DNA of 64,000 bases, from the NCBI GenBank assembly GCA_024137785.1, contig JAHRHZ010000025.1:22546921-22610920 (forward strand), read 5' to 3'. Below, in pieces: positions 38,379 to 51,413 of this stretch. Position 1 is the first letter of the stretch. The number at the start of each line of letters is the position of its first letter. Under the pieces are notes generated by a model. That model had not been told where the DNA came from. It searched no databases and saw only the letters and a list, made by a program, of their open reading frames with translations. This DNA is from Ginglymostoma cirratum. Taxonomy: Eukaryota. The position numbers and the translations under genes are program-made.

Positions 38379-41190
38379 AGGAAATGCTGGGCTAACATAG
38401 TCCTTAGTGATTTTGTTATTCAATAACGTACTACCAGGCAGAAATAGTACTAGTTGCACACTCATATAACTGTATATAGCAGGGATAAATAAGTACAAAA
38501 CAACTCTGAAATTATTATTTAATTTGACTTTTGTGAACGAGAATTTTATAAATCTCATCTGTTTGTGATTGTCCTGCAACACAAATGAAGAAATGGTAAT
38601 TCAACGCATGTCTGGATTGGACACAGAGTTAGGAAAAGCAGCAACACTAAGTCACTAAGGATAACCGGCAATAGGGAAGCAGGAAAAGGAAAGAGACAGA
38701 AAAAGACCCAGAATCTGACAGACAGATTGACAGAGGAGCAGAGTCAAGCAGAGATAGATGGAGAGATGAACATAAACAGGGGACATAAATAATCAACTTT
38801 CCAGCTGTAGCAGCTCAGAGGGTAGGCAAGTTGCTTTGTTTGTCAGCTTGCCAGAATAACTCCCTGGCATATTGGTGAATGGCATTTCTCTCCACAAAGA
38901 CAGATGATGGTCAAGCCTTTAAATCAGCACTGCAGGAAGGGCCCATTTCCTTTCAAACTTGAGGATATTGTGCACTATTTATTTAAGCCAACTTGATCAA
39001 ACCAGTTCAAGGGGCGTAATTGCTAGCCCTGTTTAAAAAAATGGATTTACAGTTAAATTTCAAAATCATGTCCCTTAGAAGCGCGTTAATAGAATGACTC
39101 CTTAAACTGACTGAAATGCAGCGAGCTGGTCAGGGCGAAGTTAGCAAACTATGGCTTTGTCAATTAACTTGTCCAGCCATTTCATTTTTTAATAAGTATT
39201 AACATTCCCTCAGTGAGATTTCTGCAGCAACCATCATGTCAATGCTCTGCAGTGCTCCTGCAGCATGCGTCTTATCAGAAATCTTTAACATGTGGTGAAT
39301 GTGGATTTTCAAAAAAAATTAATGTTCTCATCACCTCTCATCAGAGAGGTGGCTCTGCTTTTAGGTTGCTGTAAAGCTTTTTTTTAAATAACCAATAGCG
39401 TGTTATTTTTAATGTATACATCTTAAGAAACAAGTGACCCCACAAGAGGTTATTTTAAAGGCTAGTATGTATGCCTGTTATTAATAGATTTCAGAAGTGT
39501 TGGTTCATCCACAACATGTTCTGGTTCTTGGCTTTTTATTTCTTCTGCTCAAAAGCACTTCAATGTAAAATGTCATATTGAGACAATGAATGAGGAGGCA
39601 CAGGAGGGATATATTTGATCTTTCTACAAGAGAACACAGTTAGTTTCCTTTAAAAAGTCAACACTTCCCTGGAAATGTATAAGTTTGATCAATTCACCAA
39701 AGAAACTGGAACAATATAACCTGATCTGAAGATTAACAAGGAAATCTATGCCATAAAGATGAAGAGATGGAACCCTTTCATGGCTCCTCGACTTCTTAAG
39801 AAATATCCCAAAGGTCTCAGTATCCATTGAATTATGCTAAAGCACAGAGACTGACAACAAAATAGGAAAGAGTGTTCAGCATTTTTAGTCTCCTACAAAT
39901 AATATGGTTATATGGGAGAACCCTCATTCTCATGGATTAGAACAATAGGACCTTTAAAATGACTCAATCTGGTCTGAGCCTGAAGTCTTGTCTGAAAGAC
40001 AAATCTTACATTCTCAGAGCATTTATCCAGTTCTATCTATGTTGTGTGTTCCCCATGAAAATTCTTTTAGATCTTTATTTGTGTATGTTGATGAAGCTAA
40101 AGGTTTAGTCACTGTGTTCCATTGTCCTTGTAAATATAATTATAATTTTATTACTGCAAATTTAAAGGAGAACTAGGTGCCAGTTTTAACATGGTGAATC
40201 TTAAGTTCACATGTTAACAGAAGTTTGCCAGGTGTTCTTCCCCATTATAAACAAAACTTTATGACCCTCTCATTTTCAAAATGGGGTATAAGTGGTTGGT
40301 TTCTGCTGCTGCATTTTCAGAGAAAATAGAACTTCCCAGAAAAATAAAGAGCTCGGGTTAAAAGGTTGGCTGCACATATTTATTAATTCCCAGGCCAGTC
40401 TGTGGATGCAAATGCGTCCTGCCTGTGATGGCTGTGCAGATCTTCAATTAAACCAGGACACATAAGCTTCTAACGAGTGTAAACCCACAGTGCAAGGTTG
40501 TCCAAAATGACACCACAAACTAACAGCAGATTAATAGTGTAATTTATATGCTTTGGAACCCTGCTTATAACGTAAAACCGGAACTGATGTATTGAAATGT
40601 TAAACAGATGCAGTCAGAAATGCTTTTCTGTGTTTGGACTCAGCATATGTTACTGAACAGCGTTGAAAGTGTATTGGCTAGTTCATTTTCTGTGCGAAAG
40701 CTTGTCTAGAGTGAATGGAGCTGACCCTGAATAAAAAGGAGGATAACAGTTACAGTCCCATTTTGGGATGTCATCATTCTGGGAAGCACCAAGCTCCCCA
40801 GGAATAACTCTGAACATCCCATTTATTACATTTTCCAATGAGGTTACATAGTGGTCATTACTTATAAGTCCCCACCTGGTACTCACAGTTTTCTGTCATG
40901 TCCCTGGCAGAATATAACCTTACTGAGTGCCTAACTTAACCTGAGCATCTTCAGATCTGACCCATTTAATCTACGAGATGCTCCAAAGAGGAGGCGATTA
41001 ATCTTCAGAACAAATATGCTGCTATTGTGTACGAGCCCAATAAGCTGTCAAACAAATCTCTAAGTGTCAAAGGATATGTGTCTCATTGTGAAGGACCATA
41101 CTCTGTTAAGTAGGAGTCTAAAAATGCAACATAAAATGAAAAGCCATTGCACAAATGTTTTGGCCTTTTGATGCACTATCCCTGAAGAAG

Positions 41191-41622
41191 TAAATAAATG
41201 AAATAAATATTTGCATTTATATAGCCTCTTCTGTGACCTTGAGGCTTCAGAAAATGCTTTGCGGCTAAAGAAGCATTTTTTTGAAGGGTAGTTACTGTTG
41301 TCATGTGGGAAACACATTACCGAGTTTGCACAAAGCAAACATCCAAGAACAACAATGAGATAATGTCCAGATAATCTGCGTCTTGGGAAATAAATATTGG
41401 CAAGAACGCTGGCAATGAACTCTCCTGCTCTTCATCAAAATAGTCATGGAATCTTTGACATCTACCCAAGAGAATAGACAGGAACTTAGTCTGATGTCTC
41501 AGTAGTGCAGCACTCCCTCAGTACTGTACTCAAACTATTGTTCGTGCTCAAATCCTGGTTTAGGACTTCAGCTGACAATCTACTGGCTCAGAGGCAGAAC
41601 AACTGAAAGTGAGCCACAGCTG
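41191..41622 (-). mobile_element. Deu-domain SINE, near full length
   Basis: AGTGCAGCACTCCCTCAGTACTG, TAAATATTGGC, TTGCATTTATATAGC tail. Confidence 0.8.
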
Positions 41623-42087
41623 GTACTACAAATGATTACAGTGCATGGATCTGCTGCTGACATGGACAATCTGAACATTGTTCTAATCTGTGAGATTCCA
41701 GGACATAAAGAGATTGACAGCTGATGAAGAAAAACACAAGCTGAATTTGCAGCACTTTGTGGAAACTGAAACCACTTCAGATTCTGTGTGTAATTACACA
41801 GACTATTTAATCCTTGTTTAATGTACTGTGGTGTGAGCTTTCTATAGGGCTGAATTGCACACCAGACACTTTAGGAGGGATTGGTTTCCTTTCAAGTATG
41901 AACATCAATTCATTGTTCTTTATAAATTAAACAATTATTTGATGCTGGGATATTAAGCACAAGAATAATAATAAGATTATTACAATGTATGCTAATTTAG
42001 CCAAGTCTAACTGACACATTCTACCCCTGTGCCTTGGTTCTTTACCTTGACAGAAGTTGAAGGGTGCAATCACTGTTCAGATTAACA

Positions 42088-42456
42088 GGACTGAGGTCTA
42101 CAAAATCATGAGAGGTATAGACAGGGTGGATAGCAAAAAGCTTTTTCCCAGAGTTGGGGACTCAATTACTAGGGGTCACGATTTGAAGGTGAGAGGGGAG
42201 AAGTTTAAGGGAGATATGTGTGGAAAGTTCTTTACGCAGTGTGTGGTGGGTGTCTGGAACGCGGAGGTGGTAGAGGTGGGCACGATAGCGTCATTTAAGA
42301 TGTATCTAGACAGATACATGAATGGGCAGGGAGCAGAGGGATACAGATCCTTGGAAAATAGGTGACAGGTTTAGATAGAGGATCTGGATCGGCGCAGGCT
42401 TGGAGGGCCAAAGGGTCTGATCCTGTGCTGTAATTTTCTTTGTTCTTTGTTCTTTG
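42088..42456 (+). mobile_element. Young CR1 3' fragment with (TTCTTTG)3 tail
   Basis: EVYKIMRGIDRVDSKKLFPRVGDSITRGHDLKVRGEKFKGD...FFTQ. Confidence 0.92.
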
Positions 42457-42557
42457 AAACCGGCCTCAATACACTGTAAATAAAACTAGCAACATGACTC
42501 TTCTATATTGTTTATTTTCAAATACTCCTTCAATGACCACAACAGAAGGTCCAGTGC

Positions 42558-42690
42558 AATAAAAGCAAAGTATTGCACCAACCTGAAATAAAACAGAAAA
42601 TGCTGGAGAAACTCAGCAGGTCTGGCAGCATCTGTGGATAGAGAAACAGAATTAACGTTATGAGTCTGATATGATTCTTCTTCAGATTCT
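42558..42690 (-). mobile_element. Penelope-like pLTR fragment with mutated hammerhead
   Basis: CTGAAGA-A-GAATC-ATATCA-GACTC-ATAA-CGTT at 42654-42685; related to the 11600 and 12755 copies. Confidence 0.7.
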
Positions 42691-43045
42691 TCTTCCAGCA
42701 TGGAAGGGCTAGTAAATTTTGATTTTTATTCTGTTGACAAACGGGGAGAAGGAGAAAGTAGAACAGCTGGTAGGAGCAGAGCAAAAGACAAAGCGTCTTT
42801 AAGTCATTCAACAGCAAGAAGTACAGAATACCACAAAGGCCGGGACTCTGACAACATCCCACCAATAATACTTGCCTTCCAGAAGTAGCTGTCCTCTTAG
42901 CCAAGCTGTTCCAGTATGGCTAATGGCATCTGTGCAGCAATACAGTAAATTGCCCAAATATGCCCCTTGCACAAAAAGCAGGACAAACCCAACTCAGCCC
43001 AATTAGTGCCCCACCAATCTACTCTTTATCATCAGTAAAGCGATG

Positions 43046-43822
43046 TCATAGAGTCATACAGCATGGAAACAGACCCTTCAGTCCAACCAGTCCTTGCCGA
43101 ACACAATCCCGAACTAAACTAGCCCTTCCTCCCTGCTCCTGGCCCATATCCCTCCAAACCTTTCCTATTCATTTACTTATTCAAATGTATTTTAAACACT
43201 GTAATTGTACCCACATCCACCACTTCCTCAGGAAGTTCATACCACACGCGAACCACCACCTGTGTAAAAAAATTGCTCCTCATGTCTTTTTTAAATCTTT
43301 CTCCTCTCACCTTAAAATTGTGTCCCCTAGTCTTGAAATCTCCCATCCTATGGAAAAGACAACTATTATTAACTCTATCTATACATCTCATTATTTTATA
43401 AGCTTCTATCAGGTTGCCTCTCAACCTCCTACGCTCCAGTGAAAAAAGTCCCAGCTTATTCAGTCTTTCTTTGTAATTCAAACCTTCCATACCCTACAAC
43501 ATCCTGGTAAATCTCTTCTGACCCCTCTCCAGCTTAATAATATCCTTCCTGTAACTGGGCGACCAGAACTGGACACAGTATTCCATAATAGGCCTCACCA
43601 ATGTGCTGTAACGCAAACATACCAAACACGTTTTTTACCATTCCATCCATATGTGACACAAACTTCAAAGAATTATGTACTTGCAACCCTAGGTCCCTCA
43701 GTTATACAACACTACCCAAGGCCCCACAATTAATTATACAAGCCGTACCTTTGATTGTTGTACCAAAATGCAATGCCTCTCATTTATGCAGATTGAACTC
43801 CATCTGCCATTTTTCAGCCATG
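43046..43822 (-). mobile_element. CR1 3' fragment (nested)
   Basis: EGLNYKERLNKLGLFSLERRRLRGNLIEAYKIMRCIDR. Confidence 0.92.
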
Positions 43823-44491
43823 CAGCACTTTCATTCTTACCAATAAACAACTCACCAACACCCAGTTTGGGTTCTACCAGAATCACTCAGATCATGACCT
43901 CATTACAAATATGGACAAAATAGCTGAACTCCAGACCTGAGGTGAGAGTGACAGCCCTTGATATCAATGTAGTTTTGGACTGAGTGCAGCACCAAAAAGC
44001 CCTAGGAAAACTAAAGTCAATGGCAATGGAAAGGAATGCTTTCTACTGCTTGGTGGCATACCTGGCACAAAGTTTTGTTTCTTGGAGGCATGTCATCTCA
44101 GCTCCAGGGCATCTCTGCAGGAGTTTCTCAGGATAGTGTCCTAGGCCCAACCATCATCAGCCTCATCATCAATGACCTTCCGTCCATCAGATGGTCAGAA
44201 GTGAGTATGTTTGCCAATGATTACACAATTTTCAGCAGCAATTGCGACTCCTCAGATAATGAAGTAACAAATGAAGTAAATAAATGCCAGGCACTGACCA
44301 CTTCCAACAAGAGAGAATCTAGCCATCACCCCTTAATATTCAGTAGCATTACCATCACTGAATCTCCCATTATCATCATCTTTGGGGTTACCATTGACCA
44401 GATACTGAACTGTACTAGCCATATAAATACTGTGGTTACAAAAGCAGGTCAGAAGCTAGTAACCTGTAAGTAAGTAGTTCAAGTCCTCACC

Positions 44492-44948
44492 CATACAGTC
44501 ATAGTCTTAGAGTCATACAGCACTGAAACTGACCCTTCATTCCAACTCATCCATGCTGACCCAAGTTTCCCAAATGACACTAATCCCATTTGCCTGCGAC
44601 CAGGCCACATCGCTCTAAACCTTTCCTATTCATATATCTGTCCAAATGTCTTTTAAATGGTGTAACTGTACCTGCATCTACCACTTCCATTGGCAGTTCA
44701 TTCCATATATGAACCACACTCTGCGTGAAAAAATTGCCCCTCAGATCCCTCTTAAATCTTTCTCCTCTCACACATGCCCGCTGGTTTTGAACTCGCCTAC
44801 CTTAGGGAAAAGACCTTTGCTTTTCACCTTATCTGTGCCCCTCATGATTTTATAAACCTCTATGAGGTCACCCCTCAACCTCCCTTGCTCCAGTGAAATA
44901 AGTCCCAGCCTACCCAGCCTCTTGTTATAACTCAAACCCTCCAGTACC
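44492..44948 (-). mobile_element. CR1 3' fragment (nested)
   Basis: EGLSYNKRLGRLGLISLEQGRLRGDLIEVYKIMRG; RGERFKRDLRGNFFTQ; GTCATA-type tail. Confidence 0.92.
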
Positions 44949-46441
44949 TCCCAAAGCCTGTTCACCATTCACAAGGCACAAACCAGAAGTGTGATGAAAT
45001 ACTCTTCAGTTGCCTGGATGAGTGTAGCTCCAACAACATTCAAGAAACTTGACACCATCCAGAAAAAGTCGCCTGCTTTTTTGTCACCACGTCTACGAAC
45101 AGTCACTTCCTCCACCACTGACGCTCAGTAGCAGCAGTGTGCCATCTACAAGATGCAGTGCAGAAATTCACAAATGTTCCTTAGACAGTACCTTCTATGC
45201 TCATGACCACTACCACTTAGAAAGGCAAAGACAGCAGATACATGGGAACACCACCACATGCAAGTTCCCCTCCAAGCCACATACCATCCTAACTCGGGAA
45301 TATATCGCCATTCCTTCACTGTCACTGGGTCAAAATTGTGGGTGTACCAACAGCAAATGCACTCCAACGTTTCAAGGAAGGCAGACCAACACCACCTTTC
45401 AAGGGCAACTAGGGATTGACAATAAAATGTTGGCCCAGCCAGCAACACCCACAACCCATGAATGTGTGAAAAAGAAACACCCAGTTAACACCAATAACTC
45501 TTAACGGAATTATTAATGAAATCAGTTCTGATTGTTACAATTTACATTATGGTTCAATAGCTGGAACATAGTCTGTTCAATGAGGCTATTCTGTGCGTTC
45601 CAATCAAGGCAAATTACACCTCAGCAAAATTGCTCATAGGCTGATTGGTTCTCACCCCAAGTCTCACCATTTAAGATCTGCTGCCATCATGTGGCTATTA
45701 TAATGAATGACACAGCATCCATTCACACAAGTTTCTTTGTAGAGACTTTACTTGCCATTCACCACCAACCACAAAATTTAAACAAACAAATATCTGAAAC
45801 GGTATTAAAAAAACACAAAGTAAAACTTCATTACCATGTTCTCATTAAAAAAGGAACAGCACTTGAACTAAATGCTTTTCCATGAAGGACTCATACTTAG
45901 CATTGTTTTAAACATCAAGAGTACCGATATTTGTACAGTAGCACGAGTCAATGCCATTAGTGATGTTTTAAAAAGGCTACTTTACTGCACAAATGATAGA
46001 AGTTAACATCTCAGAATAGTAATTGTTCTGCCCACGTGTTACTCTGAACATTTATACTTCCTATTGATTCCCATATGTATTGTTCCATCACTTACACATG
46101 TAGTCTTATTGCTAACTTAAATTGGTTTGTGCGCTTACTAGCAACGCCACAAACCTCAATCATTATTTGTAATACATTAACTGTACACTTTTTAAAAAAA
46201 ATATGGAATATGTTGCAAGCCACATGTCCCAGTATTTAAAAACATATTTGACTTATTTTAAAAATAGTTAAACTGATTTCCGAAACAGCATAGAATTGTG
46301 CAGCTTCAAGATTAATTAACAAAAGCATGTCTTTGCAGTAAAGGCATTGCAGTAAATTGCAGCGTCAATTATCTGTGTTATCAAACTCTGTTAATAATCA
46401 AACATTTCAGAAGAATTTACATAACATGTAACTACTGAGCC

Positions 46442-46932
46442 TAGGATGACCAGACGTCTTGGTTCAGCCAAGTAGTTCCTGATTTTTAATTAATTATCCA
46501 ATGAAACGGACAATTTTCTAAAAATAACTCAAACATCTTGGTTTTCACATTTTCTCTTTTGTCAAATATCATCTTGGGCTAGGGAAAGGAAATCTGTATG
46601 AAATTTCATCCTTCTTCCTGTAGACAGCCATCACATCACATTATATTGCAGGTAGCTGACCTATACCACTCTCCCACTGCTCCTTTGACACCTGCAAGGG
46701 AGTTGTCACAACCTTGTTGGTGCTGGTTGCTCCTTTGCTGATGATGCCTTTTAAACACTTTGCAGAAAAACATCTCCAACTCTAACTGGCCATCACAGGA
46801 CCTCTCACCTTCAACTGCCCCCACCTGTCTCCTGCCATTGGCCATCCAAACTGTCAGTCATTCAAAAAGCCCCAGCTTCCCATTGCTTCTCAATGTCTCC
46901 CAATGTTGATTTTTGAAAATCTGGTCACCCTA
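46442..46932. mobile_element. Old non-autonomous hAT (Blackjack-like) DNA transposon
   Basis: Terminal inverted repeats TAGGATGACCAGA and TCTGGTCACCCTA (12/13); 8-bp TSD not preserved. Confidence 0.55.
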
Positions 46933-48584
46933 TCCATGTCTGAAGATCAAGGGTGTTAGCACAATTTTAGAAAGTGGATCCGAGTAAAGTCACTTTGGAC
47001 CCTTCCCTGATTTTTCACTCGTCACCAGTTCTGAATGCAGATAAAAAAATTAAAATCACTGGTAGTTAGAACATTTCCCTTCAGGTCTGGGAACTGATTT
47101 AAATCTAAACTAAAAAAGTTTCTCTTCTCTGACTGGAAGAACCCCAGACTAAATGAGCTTGAAGTTAAACCATCAATCTTATTCTGAAAGGTTGCAAATG
47201 TGTAGCTTTTTACATAATGCAAAGATCTGAATGAATTCCTGAAGTAAAAGAATTGCATTCTCCACGATTCTTGAGAGACAGAAATCCACCAAATGCTTCC
47301 CTTAGAAGTACGTAACAATTATGCACTGTACATAGTCATTTCAACAACATTAGGCTTTGGTGAACTCGGAGACAGGAGCAGATGACATTCAGAGGCTATT
47401 ATGCTTCAGCACTTGGTCCAGTCTTCATTTACATTGTATTTGTTACTCTCCTCATTCCACAATGACGCACAAATCCACTGCCCTCCTTCCCATTACACAG
47501 TGGTGTGTAGATTTAATTGTTTACTCTATAACCCATATAAAAGAGCAGTAAGTAACAGAACAGCTGGTTATTGATTTGCCAATGACCAAAATAATTGAAG
47601 AGTTGCAAATACTGTGGCCATCAAGATCTCCATTCACACACAAACTGATAACAGATCCATCCATTATTGCCACTAGTCATCTGAGATGTATTTCTTATCT
47701 AGAGGGTTGTGAAGTACACACAATATAAAGCTCAGAAGGATAAATTCTCATGTAATATTACAGTCCTAAAGGGACACACTGGGCTAATATTTCCTTCGAA
47801 AATTGAGGCTAACTGTAAGTATGAACCAGAAGCATCATAAACTCAGGCCCAGGTCACACAAGATGATATGATAAAATTTAATCAAAATGGATGGCTGCTG
47901 GTGTGCTAAGTTAATCTCTCATGGTCTACCCCCTGTGATTTTCCTGCATACCCAAGTTGTGGGTGAGGTTTATAAGAGCCAGAGCACATTCACAAAATGA
48001 TCCTTTTTGTATTAAACACAAAAGCAAGAGTTTTTTTTTGAGGGCTTTGCTTTGATTGATGAAATATTGAAATTAGATTGATACAAAAGGTTTAATTATA
48101 ATTCTATTCTACCCATAGGAAGCCTGTCACTGATCCACACCCAAACCTAGCAACCAAACACATATGAAGTGGCTAATGTACCAGTTTTACATGACTGTGC
48201 AAAAACACAGTATTTTGATTTCACATTTGCTTAACATTGGGTAAGGGCCAAAGCTTTGTGTAACTAAGAAAAAACATCACCACTCGGGTCTTTTAACTTT
48301 TCAGGCTTGGTGGTTATCTTTATGTACAGCAGGTTTGACTGGGCATGAATACATAATTAACTTTAAGATTTAGTTTACACATGTTGAGCATTCAACTAAT
48401 TTGACATCTTTCCTTGGCAATTCTGAACAAGTTGAGATTTTCTTTCCATTCATGAGGTGATTAGGATCTTTTTTAAAATAAATATTGTAAGTATAAGGGA
48501 AAAAACGTAATATTTAGAAATCAGATTATGAAATTTGTTATCCTAGAAATGAAATAGCTTAAACTCCTAATTTAAGATAAAACA

Positions 48585-48870
48585 AAGAAAGATCACACAT
48601 TTCTATTGAACCTCTCACAACTTCAGGATGTTGCCCTGCATTTCACAGTCACAGTCAAATATGTTAATGGAATGCAGTCAATTTGAGCACAGCAAGGTCT
48701 GCGAACAAGAATCAGATGTATGAACAGTTAGTCAGCTTTGGTGATGTTGGTTGAGGAATAAAAGTTGTCAGGGAACCAAGGGATTTTCCTCCTTTTTCAA
48801 ATAATCCTGTGGGATCATAAACCTTCACCTCAGAGACCGCACCCAAAAGATGGAATCTCCTCATATTGTC
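48585..48870 (-). mobile_element. Deu-domain SINE, 3' portion
   Basis: AATTTGAGCACAGCAAG, TGATGTTGGTTGAGGAATAAA, TGGGATC. Confidence 0.6.
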
Positions 48871-50975
48871 AGCAGAAATGATGGTAAGGGGTTTCTTCAT
48901 GTTTGGAGGTGTCAAAGGAGCAGTCCAATTTGATGGATGGGACCTGATGTAGACAATTTGAACCTTGAACCTGCACAGAATTTTGAAATAGCATTAGAAA
49001 GAACCCATAGGTATAATTCTTGTATGTTAAAATCTTCCCAGTGTGTGTTGCTGGTTTGACCAATTCTGACTCACCAAGCTGGGCATGCTCCTGGGTGAAA
49101 ATCATGATATTGAGCTCAAATGAGAAATTCCTCAAATAGCATTTAATTTCTTAGTCACACGAACACCAGCAGATACGTTGAAAATATTATTCACATCAAT
49201 ATGTATTGTTGCATTCTTGGAAGAGTGAGACTTAACATCTCTATCTAGAGTCGAATATGGACAATGTGAAGACCATTTGGCCAATGTTTTGTCGGTTGTC
49301 CTTAGAAGAAGAGAAAGCCATTTCTCTTCACTCCACCATCTGCTCACCTCAGCACTGTAGAGATTGAATTCGAGATTCCTGCCTGAACAACCCTGCACAG
49401 AAAATAGCTGTTTGTTACTGCAGAGAGGCTGCGAGAGATTGAACAGTTCCACCCTCCCACCCGGATCCTTGTGGTTTTGGGTTCAAATTGTGTTTAATCT
49501 TCCAAAGTCCTGCAGTTGGAGTCCATAGAACCTTCTGGAAGAACTTTTTATTTGCAGCTTAATCTACATACAAATTCTCTGAAGAACCTGTTACTGAGTT
49601 TCAACTCCTTTTCAGTTGTCTGTACATAATCCTGGGGCACTGACAGGCATTGTACAATATCAGCAAACATGCTGCTGATGTTAATCCCATTACTCTATAT
49701 CTTTACCCAAGTCTTTAACCTTCTTCTATACATAATTATGAGCAGCTAACACCATCCCCTTTAACTAAATTCTCAGGGTGCAATTTTCCCCTCCCTGGAG
49801 GTGGTGAGAGAGGTGACAAAAAAGAGGAAACAATTGAATAAATTGACCCTAGAGAGAAACTCAGCCCCTTCTCGCCATTCCTGCAATTAAGTGTTAGTCA
49901 AGAAGGTCCAAAGCAAATATTTCCAACTCACCAGCAATTAAGCCCCTTAAGTTGTCAATTAATGGCCACTTCAGAAACTTAACTCATGCCTTCCCTACTC
50001 AGTAGTGAAAGTGGGAGGTGAAACTATGGTGATCTGCCTACCGGGTTCAGGGAGAGACTCCACTAGCCCCAACATATCAGCAATCAGAAGCACAAATGGG
50101 CTGCCAGCAGGTGGCCTCTGAAAGCCACGCGCTGCAGTTGACTTGATCTAGCCGCCATGAACCCCTCTCCCTGCAACTTCCACCCCAAGCACTTGTCTTC
50201 TCAGCACTAGATCTCCCAAGGATTAGGCCTTGACAGCTAACTTTAGAACCCAGAAGCTGCTAATCTCTGATTGGCCAGCAGCTTCTAGTGAACCAGGTCA
50301 CCAGCATCAAGTCCTGTGATAGGGCAGGATACTCACTTTTTCTCACCTGTCAGCTCTTAATGTACCGAGGAACACCTTCGCCCACACACTTAAACAAATC
50401 AAAAATTGCACCTTCACATTTTATAAGGTCACCTTCCATGGCACTTTAAACTGTCTCCTTGATCCACATGCGGTCTCATTCTGAGGTCTAAGCTGCACCG
50501 AACTCTTTGTGTCTTTTAGTCTGTGACTCCTCTCCTAAGTGACAGCAAAGCTTTCTTGCTGTTCTTTTTCTGAGAAATAGTTCCATATTTCTATAAGTTT
50601 CTTATTCAATTATATCAATATGTTATGATTCTCCTTATGATTCCATAATATATTCCACTCCTGTTTGCTCTCAGCTATGTTGTTTTACAAACATTGTAGT
50701 TATTTGGTAGTACAGAACTTGAATATTGCTAGAAAAGATACATTTTGTCAAAGCTGTTTCTCTTGCAATCAGCAGGGCAATTTACAAGAAATATCAACTG
50801 TCTCTTACTGATCAAAGTCCTCTTGCCGATAAATCAGCACCCTCCTCTCACAGTTAAAGCAATGGTATTTCTTCCTGCGATAGTAGGAACTGCAGATGCT
50901 GGAGAACCTGAGATAACAAGGTGTAGAGCTGGATGAACACAGCAGGCCAAGCAGCATCAGAGGAGCAGGAAAGCT

Positions 50976-51003
50976 GACGTTTCGAGCCTAGACCCTTCTT
51001 CAG
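50976..51003 (-). ncRNA. Minimal hammerhead ribozyme core
   Basis: CTGAAGA-A-GGG-TCTAGG-CTC-GAAA-CGTC; the partner copy at 51420-51447 has GAAA mutated to AAAA. Confidence 0.62.
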
Positions 51004-51013
51004 AAAATGAAGA

Positions 51014-51413
51014 NNNNNNNNNNNNNNNNNNNNNNNNNNNNNNNNNNNNNNNNNNNNNNNNNNNNNNNNNNNNNNNNNNNNNNNNNNNNNNNNNNNNNNN
51101 NNNNNNNNNNNNNNNNNNNNNNNNNNNNNNNNNNNNNNNNNNNNNNNNNNNNNNNNNNNNNNNNNNNNNNNNNNNNNNNNNNNNNNNNNNNNNNNNNNNN
51201 NNNNNNNNNNNNNNNNNNNNNNNNNNNNNNNNNNNNNNNNNNNNNNNNNNNNNNNNNNNNNNNNNNNNNNNNNNNNNNNNNNNNNNNNNNNNNNNNNNNN
51301 NNNNNNNNNNNNNNNNNNNNNNNNNNNNNNNNNNNNNNNNNNNNNNNNNNNNNNNNNNNNNNNNNNNNNNNNNNNNNNNNNNNNNNNNNNNNNNNNNNNN
51401 NNNNNNNNNNNNN
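51014..51413. other. Assembly gap (400 N)
   Basis: N run. Confidence 1.

Larger units (their letters stand above)
42830..45478 (+). mobile_element. Decayed CR1/L2-group LINE (RT to 3' end), interrupted by two antisense CR1 fragments
   Basis: DNIP..., AKLFQY, HKKQDK; resumes at TQFGF, VRVTALDI, GVSQDSVLGPTIISLIINDLPS...MFANDYT, HKAQTRSVMKYS..AWM, GNTTTCKFPSKPHTILT; tail CCCATGAATGTGTGAAAAA. Confidence 0.88.
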
